DNA from: an uncultured Acidobacteriota bacterium
Lineage (GTDB): Bacteria > Acidobacteriota > Blastocatellia > RBC074
DNA: 64,000 bases
Direction: 5' to 3'
Assembly: GCA_963796275.1 (NCBI GenBank)
Contig: CAWCKY010000006.1
Coordinates: 1,984,001-2,048,000, forward strand
The notes beneath the pieces are model-generated. The model ran no database searches and was not told the origin of the DNA. It saw only the letters and a program-made list of their open reading frames with translations. Below are positions 11,017 to 21,354 of the stretch, one piece after another (position 1 is the stretch's first letter; the number at the start of each line of letters is the position of its first letter). A program made the position numbers and the translations under genes.

Positions 11017-12840
11017 ATGAAACAAATCTCTTTCTTTACTACGGCAGCGGTGCTTGCTGTTATCGCATATTTTGCGCTGGCCGGGGTTTCCAGACTGGTT
11101 AAAACCGTCTCTGCGAAGCAGCCGCAATCGGTCGAGTTGCGTCTCAAAAAACTACATACTCTGCTCGACGAGCAGTGGGAGTACACACTTCGTAATCAAC
11201 CGGAGTTCGCTTCGATCATAGGCGACAAGCGATACAACGATAGGCTGTCCGACTTTTCACAGGCGTCCATTGATCGCGATATTAGACAGACGCGCGTTTT
11301 CCTGGAGAAATTCGAGGCGATTGATACATCCGGGTTTCCCGATCAGGAACGGCTCAACCGCGATTTGATGGTGCGCAACCTGCGCGAGAAGCTCGAAGGA
11401 GTAAAGTTCAAGGATTGGGAGATGCCGGTAAACCAGTTCATCGGGGCTCACATCGATCTGCCGCAGCTAGTGACCTCATTCCCATTCGAGACCGTTAAAG
11501 ATTACGAGGACTACATCACCCGGCTGAAACAAGTGCCGCGCGGCTTCAACGAGTTGATGATTCAGATGCGCAACGGCATGCGTGAGAGGCTGATGCCGCC
11601 GAAAATCCTCCTGCTGCAGGTGAGCGAACAGGCTGAAGGCATCGCAAAACAAAAACCTGAAGAATCTCCATTCGCGCAACCGACGAGCAAATTCCCCAAG
11701 GATTTCTCGGAAGCAGACAGGAAACGCTTGCGGGACGGCGTAATCGCGGCCATCCGCGATCAGGTTTTACCCACATACCGGAAGTTCACCAGCTTCGTAC
11801 GCGATGAGTATGCGCCGAAGGGGCGGACTGATATCGGCATCTGGGCTCTAGCTGATGGTAGCGAGCGATATGCGCTCGCCGTTCGGCGAATGACGACGAC
11901 GAATATGACGCCCGAGGATATTCATCGGCTAGGCGTGAGTGAGGTCGAGCGCATCGAAACCGAGCAACTCGTGATAGCCAAACACTTCGGGTTCAGTGAC
12001 CTGAAGAGTTTTCGCGAATCGCTGAAGAAGAATTCGGACATTCACCCGAAATCCCGTCAACAGATACTGGATGAATACCGCAGCTATACCGATCAGATGT
12101 GGAAGCAGCTCCCGCAACTCTTTGGCCGATTGCCGAAAGCGAAGATTGAGATATTACCGGTCGAGCCCTTTCGCGAGAAGCAGGCTGCAGGCGCGCAGTA
12201 CAATCAGGGGACCCCGGATGGGTCACGACCTGGGCAAGTGTTCGTCAATACCTACGACTACGAGAATCAATTGACGATCACAAACGAATCGACCGCTTAT
12301 CACGAGGGCGTGCCGGGACATCACATGCAAATCTCTATCGCGCAGGAGCTGCCAAATCTCCCGCCGTTCCGCCAGCAAGCCGGCTATACGGCATTCATCG
12401 AGGGGTGGGCTCTCTACTCCGAGCGCCTGGGCAAGGAGCTCGGCTTCTACCGGAACCCCTACAACGACTATGGGCGGTTGGAAGATGAGATATGGCGTGC
12501 GATTCGGCTCGTGGTTGACACCGGCATCCATTATAAAAAATGGTCGCGCGAGCAGGTGGTCCAGTATATGCGCGACCACTCCAGCGCGAACGAAGCTCAA
12601 ATTCAGGCCGAAACCGACCGCTACATCGCGTGGCCGGGCCAGGCGCTGGCATACAAGATCGGCCAGTTAACGATCTTGCGCCTCCGCGAGACGGCGCACA
12701 GTGAGTTGGGCGAGACATTCGATATTCGGGGCTTCCACGATGAGGTGCTAGGTGACGGAGCGCTGCCCATGGACGTACTCGAGCAGCGGCTAACATTATG
12801 GATAGAACGAAAGAAAGCGAGCGAGAAGAAGACTGGTTGA
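11017..12840 (+). CDS. DUF885 family putative metallopeptidase
   Basis: HEGVPGHHMQ, EGWALYSE, RLVVDTGIH, PGQALAYKIG; N-terminal anchor. Confidence 0.92.
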   Translation: MKQISFFTTAAVLAVIAYFALAGVSRLVKTVSAKQPQSVELRLKKLHTLLDEQWEYTLRNQPEFASIIGDKRYNDRLSDFSQASIDRDIRQTRVFLEKFEAIDTSGFPDQERLNRDLMVRNLREKLEGVKFKDWEMPVNQFIGAHIDLPQLVTSFPFETVKDYEDYITRLKQVPRGFNELMIQMRNGMRERLMPPKILLLQVSEQAEGIAKQKPEESPFAQPTSKFPKDFSEADRKRLRDGVIAAIRDQVLPTYRKFTSFVRDEYAPKGRTDIGIWALADGSERYALAVRRMTTTNMTPEDIHRLGVSEVERIETEQLVIAKHFGFSDLKSFRESLKKNSDIHPKSRQQILDEYRSYTDQMWKQLPQLFGRLPKAKIEILPVEPFREKQAAGAQYNQGTPDGSRPGQVFVNTYDYENQLTITNESTAYHEGVPGHHMQISIAQELPNLPPFRQQAGYTAFIEGWALYSERLGKELGFYRNPYNDYGRLEDEIWRAIRLVVDTGIHYKKWSREQVVQYMRDHSSANEAQIQAETDRYIAWPGQALAYKIGQLTILRLRETAHSELGETFDIRGFHDEVLGDGALPMDVLEQRLTLWIERKKASEKKTG

Positions 12841-12966
12841 CGGCAGCAAGAGCTTTGGGGTAATTCAATACCGGACCTATTTTTAAATCTCCGGCAAGTC
12901 TGGGGACAACTAAGCGGATACTTTTTATAGCGATCCCTTTTTTATAGTTTTCATAAAGGATATGAG

Positions 12967-13362
12967 GTGGCTGACGTACCGAAATTATTCCGTTTAATCC
13001 TGCAGGTGACTGACTTGGATAAAGCGACCGACTTTTACTCGGAGTTGCTTGGGACCGAAGGTAGGAGAATTCATGGAGCCAGACATTACTTCGATTGCGG
13101 CCCCATGATTCTCGCGCTGGTGGATACAACGGCCGGCGGAGCGAAGCCCAATCCCGACTATATCTATTTCTCGGTGGATGAGCTCGAGAATATTCATGCG
13201 CGGGCGCAGAAGCTGGCGTGTCTCTCGAAGGGTGAGGTACACGAGGAGAGCGCGGGCGCGATTGTAACGCGGCCATGGGGGGAGAGGTCATTCTACGCCG
13301 AAGACCCATTCGGGAATCTCCTATGTTTCGTAGACGAGAAAACTATCTTCACAGGACGCTGA
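12967..13362 (+). CDS. VOC/glyoxalase family protein
   Basis: V.DLDKA..FY..LLG, RPWGERSFYAEDPFGN. Confidence 0.88.
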   Translation: MADVPKLFRLILQVTDLDKATDFYSELLGTEGRRIHGARHYFDCGPMILALVDTTAGGAKPNPDYIYFSVDELENIHARAQKLACLSKGEVHEESAGAIVTRPWGERSFYAEDPFGNLLCFVDEKTIFTGR

Positions 13363-13373
13363 AGCCGGGACGC

Positions 13374-14057
13374 ATGACAATCTACCGAGCAATTGTCGGC
13401 GTCATTCTCAATGTGGCTATCTTCGGCGTTTTGATATTTGGGCCGGCACGCACATTGAACTGGTGGCGCGCCTGGGTATTTCTGGTCGTCGTGTTCGTCC
13501 TCGCTTTGACCAGCACGGTGAGTCTCTTTCGCGCCAATCGGGAACTACTCGAAGAACGCTTCAAACCGCCCATACAGAAGGGACAGCCGCTTTCGGACAA
13601 GATCATCGTGATGCTGGTTATCGTCGAGTTCGTCGCTTTGATCGTCTTCACATCTCTGGACGTCTTCCGATTTCATCTCTTGCCCCGCCCCGGAACACTG
13701 GTTTCGTTTATCGGACTCGCTCTCTTTGTGGCGGGTTGGTGGATCATGACGCTCGCTATGAGGGAGAATGCATTTGCTGCGCCGGTGGTGAGGCATCAGG
13801 AAGAAAGGCATCAAACGGTGATCGATAGCGGGGTATACGGCGCGGTGCGACACCCGATGTACGCGGGCGCCATCCCTTTGGCGGCCGGCATTCCGCTTTG
13901 GCTGGAATCGTATGCCGCTGCGATACTGGTAATCATATTCGTCATGACGCTGGCTGTACGGATAATTTTCGAGGAACAGTTCTTGAAGCGTAAACTTGCG
14001 GGCTACGATGCCTATGTGGAGAGAGTCCGTTATCGGCTGATTCCGTATCTCTGGTGA
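13374..14057 (+). CDS. Isoprenylcysteine carboxylmethyltransferase family membrane protein
   Basis: Multiple TM segments, VIDSGVY..VRHPMY, EE..L...GY..Y..RVRYRLIP. Confidence 0.88.
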   Translation: MTIYRAIVGVILNVAIFGVLIFGPARTLNWWRAWVFLVVVFVLALTSTVSLFRANRELLEERFKPPIQKGQPLSDKIIVMLVIVEFVALIVFTSLDVFRFHLLPRPGTLVSFIGLALFVAGWWIMTLAMRENAFAAPVVRHQEERHQTVIDSGVYGAVRHPMYAGAIPLAAGIPLWLESYAAAILVIIFVMTLAVRIIFEEQFLKRKLAGYDAYVERVRYRLIPYLW

Positions 14058-14091
14058 GATGGGATGCATGCCCAGAATGGGATGGAGTGTT

Positions 14092-15873
14092 TCAATTACT
14101 GCTCGGGCGGGCTTTGGGCGCCGTCAATTTCCCCTTACCTTCCTCCAGTACGATCACCTGATTGGCCTTCAGGTTTTCAAAAATTTCAGATCTTCCGCTC
14201 GGCCATAGAACTTCCGCGCGATCAATTTTTGTGGCATCTCCGATACCGAAATGAAGGCGCATATCGTTATGTGAAATGTAGCTGCCGCCGCTGCGGACTT
14301 CATCCATTTGTTTGAGGCGTCCGGTGAGCAGGGTCACCCGGGCGCCGATTCCATTGCGGTTGGACTTCTGACTTGAAAGTTTGAGCGATACCCAGTTTTT
14401 CCTCGCTCCCGAATTTTTCAGCAGACTTGGCCTGTCATTCATATTATTGACGACGATCTCCAGGCCTCCGTCGTTGTCCAGGTCGCCCACGGCCGCCCCA
14501 CGCGAGGCCCATCTGGCCTCGATCCCGGGACCTGCGTGAGATGAGATATCCAGAAATTTTCCGTTTCGCAGATTCCAGTACAACAGGCGTTCCTGTTTAT
14601 ACAAGTCGTCGGTCTTTCCTTCCGCTTCCGGATATACGTGCCCGTTGGCCATGAAAATGTCTTTCCATCCATCGTTATCAAAATCAAAAAAACCGACTCC
14701 CCAACCGAGATACCGAGTATTTACCCCGAGGCCTGCCTGGAAGCTCATGTCGGTGAACGATCCTTCTCCGTTGTTACGATAGAGAGTGGAAATGTCGTCT
14801 GAGAAGTTGGTTTTGACCAGGTCGATGTATCCATCATGGTCGTAATCACCGGCCGAAACTCCCATTCCAGCCTGTTCCTGTCCGTCCTCGTTGAGGGCGC
14901 TTCCGGATAGCAATCCCGTGTCGGTGAAAGTGCCGTCGCCTTGGTTATGGTAAAGAATATTGGGGGTGGAATCGCAGGCGACGTAGATATCCGGCCAGCC
15001 ATCGTTGTCATAATCGGAGACGATTGGCGTGAATGCGTAATGACTGTTCGGTGCGGCTATCCCGCTTTTTTCGGAAACGTCTGTGAAAGCTCCCTTGCCG
15101 TCATTTCGATAGAGAATGTTCCTTCCGGGAGGAAGTCCGCGGGGGCCGCACATGACCGGTATGCCTTTCCACATGCAATATTGGCCGCTGCCTTTCGCCG
15201 GCGTCTTTTCGATATCGAAATCGACATAGTTGGCGACGAATAGATCGAGGTGTCCATCCCTGTCATAATCCAAAAAAGTGCAGCCCGATCCCCAGCGCGA
15301 CGATTTGTCTATCAGGCCGGCCCTTTGTGTGACGTCGGCGAAACGGCCATTAGCGCTATTCTGGTAGAGGATATTTTGTCCGAAGTAGGTCACGAAGAGA
15401 TCGTCGAAACCGTCATTATCATAGTCCCCCACGCACGCGCCCTGTCCCCAGCCTGACCTTGTCAGATTAGTCTGTTCGGTGACGTCGGTGAACTTCCCGC
15501 CGGCGTCATTGCGAAAGAGGTGATTGGTAGGCGCTTGACCCTTGGGAAATCCTTCGAGGGTCGTTCCGTTGACGAGGAAAATATCGAGCCAGCCGTCGTT
15601 GTTGTAATCGAAGAGTGCGACACCACTGCCGGCCATTTCGAGAATATATCTCTTTTCACGATCCGGCCCGGTCACATGGCGAGTCGTTAGTCCAACTTTC
15701 GGAGCAATGTCATCAAAACTAACCTGGGGAATCGGAATATCGATTTTCGCTTTGGCCGCCGTGCGCGGAGGGCGTTTGGGAACTGCCACTCCCTGCGCTC
15801 CCACTTCTTCCCCATTTTGAATGGCGAGAGCTGAAAGAATAATAATGATGAGCGAAATACGAAACCGATTCAT
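14092..15873 (-). CDS. CRTAC1 family protein (FG-GAP repeats + ASPIC/UnbV)
   Basis: Repeated DYDNDG.LD motifs; C-terminal GSYISHND.RLHFGIG. Confidence 0.92.
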   Translation of the reverse strand: MNRFRISLIIIILSALAIQNGEEVGAQGVAVPKRPPRTAAKAKIDIPIPQVSFDDIAPKVGLTTRHVTGPDREKRYILEMAGSGVALFDYNNDGWLDIFLVNGTTLEGFPKGQAPTNHLFRNDAGGKFTDVTEQTNLTRSGWGQGACVGDYDNDGFDDLFVTYFGQNILYQNSANGRFADVTQRAGLIDKSSRWGSGCTFLDYDRDGHLDLFVANYVDFDIEKTPAKGSGQYCMWKGIPVMCGPRGLPPGRNILYRNDGKGAFTDVSEKSGIAAPNSHYAFTPIVSDYDNDGWPDIYVACDSTPNILYHNQGDGTFTDTGLLSGSALNEDGQEQAGMGVSAGDYDHDGYIDLVKTNFSDDISTLYRNNGEGSFTDMSFQAGLGVNTRYLGWGVGFFDFDNDGWKDIFMANGHVYPEAEGKTDDLYKQERLLYWNLRNGKFLDISSHAGPGIEARWASRGAAVGDLDNDGGLEIVVNNMNDRPSLLKNSGARKNWVSLKLSSQKSNRNGIGARVTLLTGRLKQMDEVRSGGSYISHNDMRLHFGIGDATKIDRAEVLWPSGRSEIFENLKANQVIVLEEGKGKLTAPKARPSSN

Positions 15874-15905
15874 TACTGCTCGCGGTTAGGTTGAATAATC
15901 TGCCA

Positions 15906-15979
15906 TTCACCGCAGAGGGCAGAGAAGAAATTGTTTTATCCACTGCGTCTCCTCACGCTCTCTGCGCTTTTGCGGTGAA
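15906..15979. repeat. REP-like palindrome (ttcaccgcaga...tgcggtgaa)
   Basis: Terminal ttcaccgca/tgcggtgaa; shares the ttcacc...ggtgaa ends with 10783-10912. Confidence 0.6.
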
Positions 15980-16005
15980 CCAGATATGTTCGATCGTTAC
16001 TACAA

Positions 16006-17328
16006 TCAATTCCGACTTTGACGGCTCGTTGTCGTTACGAGAGAGGCCAGGACTCGTTGGATCAGCCCATCGATTGCATTTCTATCTATCCACCTTGCGA
16101 CGACTACCAGATCGTTCGCCGGATCGACGTAGATCATATTCGTTCCATTTCCCATGTGGGCGAATGCCGTAGCCGGAGCGCTGGGAATAAACTTCTGCTC
16201 CGTGTTCAGGTACCAGTTCATAAATCCATATGTAGGCTGAACCGGAGTAGGAGTGAGCGCCATTCGCACCCATTCCTCGGAGAGAATTTTCTTATCTCTC
16301 CATTTACCGCGGCGCAAGGTCAAATAGCCGAACCGCGCCTGATCGCGAGCGCTGATGAACATCCCGCCTCCCCAATGTCCGCCGCCGCTGACCGATTGTA
16401 CCGCCACACCGTCGATCAATGTCCAGGAGTTTTCGTAACCGTACCAGCGCCAGGTCTGCGATGCGCCGATCGGGTCCATGACATATTCCTTGAGCACCTG
16501 TGGCAGCGGCCGGCGCCAGATGTTGAGCGCCGCCAGCGCGAGGACGTTTACCCTGACATCATTGTATTCATAGGCCGTTCCCGGCTCGTGCCTCTTACGG
16601 CTCAACCATTCAGATGGATTATTGCCCGGGCGGTCCGCCCATTCCGGTTTACCCCACAGGGTTCCTTCCCAGTCACTTGTCTGTCGCAGCAGGTGTTCCC
16701 AGCTGATCTTCCGGTTATGTTCGGTCTCGAAAAGATCGAGCAGCTCGGATTCGCCCAGTCGATCAGCCGAGTTTTTGCTGAGACCGGGTCTGATAGCCAC
16801 AGTAGGCGCCATATATTCCCGTACACGATCCTGCACGTTGCCAATCATTTTCCGGTCGAACGCCAAACCGACCGTAGTGGAAAGGAAACTCTTGGTGACG
16901 CTGTAGGTCATGTCGACCCGGTGCGGATCGCCCCATTCGGCCACGATGTAGCCATGGCGTAATACTACTCCGGTAGGGTCTCCGCGTTCTTTGAAAGGGC
17001 CGACTCCCTCGCCGAATGGCTCTCGCCCGAAGCTCTGATAATGTGCTATTTCAAGATTCCGCGGTGATTTCGTCTCACCAGCCTGGGCGAATGCTATCGC
17101 TTCATTGAGTCGAGCGGGATCCATCCCCACTTGCTGCGGAGTCCGACGCTCCCACGACTCGCCAGCTCCAGGATAGTAATAATCGCCCGACTTCTGCGCG
17201 ATTACAGCCTTCGATGTGGTGAGGGCGACAACAATATAGAATGCAGATGCGAAGAGCCCTGCCGCCATCAATGAAAGGAAAAACCTGGGTGTAACGTAAC
17301 CTTTTGTACTTGTATGCGTCTGAATCAT
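16006..17328 (-). CDS. Serine hydrolase, beta-lactamase family
   Basis: SVTK (SxxK), PGT.YEYND, SARDQARFG. Confidence 0.88.
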   Translation of the reverse strand: MIQTHTSTKGYVTPRFFLSLMAAGLFASAFYIVVALTTSKAVIAQKSGDYYYPGAGESWERRTPQQVGMDPARLNEAIAFAQAGETKSPRNLEIAHYQSFGREPFGEGVGPFKERGDPTGVVLRHGYIVAEWGDPHRVDMTYSVTKSFLSTTVGLAFDRKMIGNVQDRVREYMAPTVAIRPGLSKNSADRLGESELLDLFETEHNRKISWEHLLRQTSDWEGTLWGKPEWADRPGNNPSEWLSRKRHEPGTAYEYNDVRVNVLALAALNIWRRPLPQVLKEYVMDPIGASQTWRWYGYENSWTLIDGVAVQSVSGGGHWGGGMFISARDQARFGYLTLRRGKWRDKKILSEEWVRMALTPTPVQPTYGFMNWYLNTEQKFIPSAPATAFAHMGNGTNMIYVDPANDLVVVARWIDRNAIDGLIQRVLASLVTTTSRQSRN

Positions 17329-17547
17329 TTTCGTTCCTCCGCAGGTACCATCGAGTGATCTCGCCATTAGTTTTTAACGGTTAATGTACGCCGTTAACCT
17401 TGATTTCATTGCTGCTGATGAATTGAAATGGAGCAATAGAGTGGCTTCTTTATAAGAGGCAGACAGATGGGTGTCAAGATGAAATCAATCACGAAAAAAA
17501 CGAAGTGATCGAGATTGCTTCGTGGTTTTATTGGCAAAGGAAAATAC

Positions 17548-19218
17548 ATGCGCCATCTCTTATGTTGTTTTCTCGTTTTAATCACTTTCTACCCCGTGGG
17601 GAACCAGAATCAACCGGCGAATCAATATGATCTGGTTATCTACGGTGGAACCGCCGCGGCGGTAACCGCTGCAGTTCAGGCGAAAATCATGGGGAAGTCA
17701 GTCATCATCGTCTCCCCGGACAAACATTTAGGTGGGCTCTCGAGCGGCGGCCTGGGGTTCACCGACACGGGAAATAAAGCGGTGATTGGCGGGCTGGCGC
17801 GCGAATTTTATCACCGCGTTTGGAAGCACTATAACCAGGATACGGCTTGGAAGTGGGAGAAGCGTGAGGAATACGGCAACAAGGGGCAGGGAACACCCGC
17901 GATTGATGGTGAGCAGCGTACGATGTGGATTTTTGAGCCGCACGTTGCCGAGCGGGTCTTTGAAGATTTTATCGCGGAATATCGGATCCCGGTGCAACGC
18001 AATGAGTGGCTCGACCGCAAGAATGGCGTCAGGAAAAGCGGCTCAAGCATCATCACGATCACGACGCTCAGCGGAAAGCGATATACCGGAAAGATGTTCA
18101 TCGATGCGACGTACGAGGGCGATCTGATGGCGGCGGCTGGCGTGGATTACCATGTAGGCCGCGAAGCGAACAGCGTTTACGACGAGAAATGGAACGGCGT
18201 TCAGACGGGCGTTCTGCATCATCGCCATCATTTCGGCGCAGTGGCAAAGAAGATCAGCCCTTATATCGTCCCGGGCGATCCGAAGAGCGGCGTGCTGCCG
18301 CGTATCAGCGCCGCGCCGCCCGGTGAATATGGTCAGGGTGATAAACGGCTGCAGGCATACTGTTTCCGCATGTGCCTGACAGATCGCGCCGATAACCGCG
18401 TGCCGTTTCCGAAACCTGCAGGTTATGACCCGAAGCAATATGAACTTCTCTTGCGAATTTTTGAGTCGGGTTGGCGCGAAACTTTCCAGAAATTCGACCG
18501 GATCCCCAACCGCAAGACGGACACCAATAATCACGGCCCGATGAGCACAGACAACATCGGTTACAACTACGATTATCCGGAAGCGTCCTATGATCGGAGG
18601 CGCGAGATCGTGCGCGAACACGAGGCATATCAGAAGGGCTGGCTGTATTTCATAGCCAACGACCCGCGCGTTCCGGAGGATGTGCGTGAACAGATGCGCC
18701 AATGGGGACTGGCCAGGGATGAGTTTAAGGATAATGGGAACTGGCCGCACCAGCTCTATATCCGTGAAGCTCGGCGCATGATCGGCTCGTACGTCATGAC
18801 GGAAAACGAATTGCTCAAGCTGCGCCCGACGCCCGATTCGGTCGGTATGGGGTCATACACAATCGATTCGCACAATGTGCAGCGGTACATCACACCTGAC
18901 GGATCGGTACAAAACGAAGGCGACATCGGAATCACTACCAAGGGCCCGTACCAAATAGCGTATGGCGCACTCGTGCCGAAGCAGGGAGAGGTCGATAATC
19001 TGCTGGTGCCGGTATGCGTCTCCAGCTCGCACATCGCCTTCGGTAGCATTCGCATGGAACCGGTCTTCATGATTCTCGGTCAATCGGCAGCCACAGCTGC
19101 CGTCCTGGCGATAAACGACAAGACGGCCGTGCAAAATGTGGCCTATGCGAGCCTGCGCGAGCGATTATTGAAGGACCGGCAAATCCTGGAGTTTTCCTCT
19201 ACGACGCCGGCGAAATGA
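17548..19218 (+). CDS. Secreted FAD-dependent oxidoreductase
   Basis: DLVIYGGTAA, IDATYEGDL, YIREARR, SIRMEP; signal peptide. Confidence 0.88.
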   Translation: MRHLLCCFLVLITFYPVGNQNQPANQYDLVIYGGTAAAVTAAVQAKIMGKSVIIVSPDKHLGGLSSGGLGFTDTGNKAVIGGLAREFYHRVWKHYNQDTAWKWEKREEYGNKGQGTPAIDGEQRTMWIFEPHVAERVFEDFIAEYRIPVQRNEWLDRKNGVRKSGSSIITITTLSGKRYTGKMFIDATYEGDLMAAAGVDYHVGREANSVYDEKWNGVQTGVLHHRHHFGAVAKKISPYIVPGDPKSGVLPRISAAPPGEYGQGDKRLQAYCFRMCLTDRADNRVPFPKPAGYDPKQYELLLRIFESGWRETFQKFDRIPNRKTDTNNHGPMSTDNIGYNYDYPEASYDRRREIVREHEAYQKGWLYFIANDPRVPEDVREQMRQWGLARDEFKDNGNWPHQLYIREARRMIGSYVMTENELLKLRPTPDSVGMGSYTIDSHNVQRYITPDGSVQNEGDIGITTKGPYQIAYGALVPKQGEVDNLLVPVCVSSSHIAFGSIRMEPVFMILGQSAATAAVLAINDKTAVQNVAYASLRERLLKDRQILEFSSTTPAK

Positions 19219-19230
19219 GTCGTGAGTAGA

Positions 19231-19764
19231 TCACCGGCCGATCTGGAACTCGCCGCGGCATCCGCGGTCAACCCAGATGCCGTTACGGTTAAATCCCCAG
19301 GTTCTTCCCAGAACACAAGGCGAGTCACTCTTCTGTTTGTAAAGACGGACTCCGCCTTGTGTGTTTACATTACACCAATGGCGGCGCATATCGTTCGACT
19401 CGCAGTTGATAGTCCTGCCTCCGTACCCTCCTCCGGACCCGCCTCCAGTGTTCCATCCAGATCGACCGAGCTCGAACTCAGCGCGACAGCCGCGGTCAAC
19501 CCAGATGCCATCACGGTTGTAACCCCAGGTCCTCCCTTGAATGCACGGTGAATCGCTCTTCTGTTTGTAGAGACGGACTCCACCTCGCGTATCTACTCGG
19601 CACCAGTTCCTGCGATTATCGTTCGAGCTGCACGAGACTCTATCCTGGATGTAATTATTGGCGTATGCGACGAGATAGCCGCCGGACAGCGAGGCAAATA
19701 GCGTTGCTATAATTATCCACGTCGATCTGTTGCAGGCCGAATCCCGATTTTTGCCTGATTTCAT
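19231..19764 (-). CDS. DUF3011 domain protein with two tandem repeats
   Basis: Two copies of C.S.D.RR.WC...GGVRL.KQ.SDSPC..GRTWG....GIWVDRGCR.EF. Confidence 0.85.
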   Translation of the reverse strand: MKSGKNRDSACNRSTWIIIATLFASLSGGYLVAYANNYIQDRVSCSSNDNRRNWCRVDTRGGVRLYKQKSDSPCIQGRTWGYNRDGIWVDRGCRAEFELGRSGWNTGGGSGGGYGGRTINCESNDMRRHWCNVNTQGGVRLYKQKSDSPCVLGRTWGFNRNGIWVDRGCRGEFQIGR

Positions 19765-19808
19765 TTGTCTTCCTTCTCCTCAGAAATTATTTCGCAGCTT
19801 ATTATTCA

Positions 19809-19943
19809 CGCTTGGAGTTCCGCATTTATGCGGTCTTTTCTGACCGCCTGAAGGGGAACTCTGAACATATTCAGCCGCGCTTGGAGTTCCGCATTTATGC
19901 GGTCTTCTCTGACCGCCTGAAGGCGGAACTCTGAACATATTCA
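19809..19943. repeat. Two tandem ~65-bp REP-like units
   Basis: cgcttggagttccgcatttatgcgg...ccgcctgaagg(c)ggaactctgaacatattca at 19809-19873 and 19878-19943. Confidence 0.85.
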
Positions 19944-20310
19944 TCTTTCTGTTTCTGGACGGAAGTCATCAGGAAAGGGACAACTCTAGCCTGGAGGACC
20001 GATGTGAACTGTATCTCATACTCACTATCTCACTATCGTGGCGAGACACATGAGCGTTGAAATGAAATCTGGAGCATATTTGGGATGAGTTAAATGCTAG
20101 CAAAGCCATCCCATAGTGACAAGGTATGATCAGGTCCGAGTGTTTCCTGGTGAGTAAGTTTGTCAAGATCGTTGAGAAGTTCGAGCTGAGAAGTGGCTGC
20201 TGCGATGCTCTCTCAAATAGCAGAATTATAGGCGATGATCAGAAACGTACTCCCGTGCGCCAATGCTGACTGAATTGCATTGGCACACGGGGCACACCAT
20301 CGGGGCACGA

Positions 20311-21022
20311 CTACGGAGCACGAAAACAAATAACGAACCGAGGCACGACTTCGGGGCACGAAATCAAATAACGAACCGAGGCACGACTTCGGGGCACGAA
20401 ATCAAATAACGAACCGAGGCACGACTACGGAGCACGAAAACAAATAACGAACCGAGGCACGACTTCGGGGCACGAAAACAAATAACGAACCGGGGCAAGG
20501 CTTCGGGGCACGAAATCAAATAACGAACCGGGGCAAGGCTTCGGGGCACAAAATCAAAAAACAAACAGTGCGCGTCTTCGGGGCACGAAAACAAATAACG
20601 AACTGGGGCACGACTTCGGGGCACGAAAACCAATAACGAACCGGGGCAAGGCTTCGGGGCACAAAATCAAAAAACAACAGTGCGCGTCTTCGGGGCACGA
20701 AATCAAATAACGAACCGGGGCAAGGCTTCGGGGCACAAAATCAAAAAACAAACAGTGCGCGTCTTCGGGGCACGAAAACAAATAACGAACTGGGGCACGA
20801 CTTCGGGGCACGAAATCAAATAACGAACCGGGGCAAGGCTTCGGGGCACAAAATCAAAAAACAACAGTGCGCGTCTTCGGGGCACGAAATCAAATAACGA
20901 ACCGGGGCAAGGCTTCGGGGCACAAAATCAAAAAACAACAGTGCGCGTCTTCGGGGAACGAAAACAAATAACGAACTGGGGCACGTCTAGGGCACATAAT
21001 TCAAATTACAAAATCGGGGCAC
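20311..21022. repeat. Non-coding tandem array of 18 units of 36-38 bp plus one degenerate unit
   Basis: Consensus cttcggggcacgaaa(a/t)caaataacgaaccggggca(cga/agg); no unique spacers. Confidence 0.95.
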
Positions 21023-21354
21023 CCTCACAAAGTCTTGACAGCTGTCGATCCGCGCCAACCCTCGCCTTATTCCTTTATTTCCGTTCCTGCTCTTATTCCG
21101 TTTTGAAAAGCAATTTGGATTCACGGTTGTTTAAAATTGAGAGGCTTTTTGGATAATGGCTGAGATTTCATAAGCTTGTCGGGGATGCCGGAGTATGATC
21201 AACGCCATGTACTGCTCGATCGTAACACCAGAGCCGCTTAATTTGATGCTTTATCGTTATCCGTTAGATTATCCCGCGGTGAGCAGCCTGCGGTGCTGTC
21301 AGCCCACAAGCAGATAGGCCCTTTTCTCGGCGTCGCAATCCTTGAATTCGCCCG

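Noticed and set aside
20364-20885. Repetitive ORFs on the minus strand of the array
   Set aside because: The 37-38-bp units shift frame and generate stops, so these are by-products of the repeat.
20311-21022. CRISPR array
   Set aside because: Units are contiguous and the variable parts recur many times. There are no unique spacers and no cas genes in the window.
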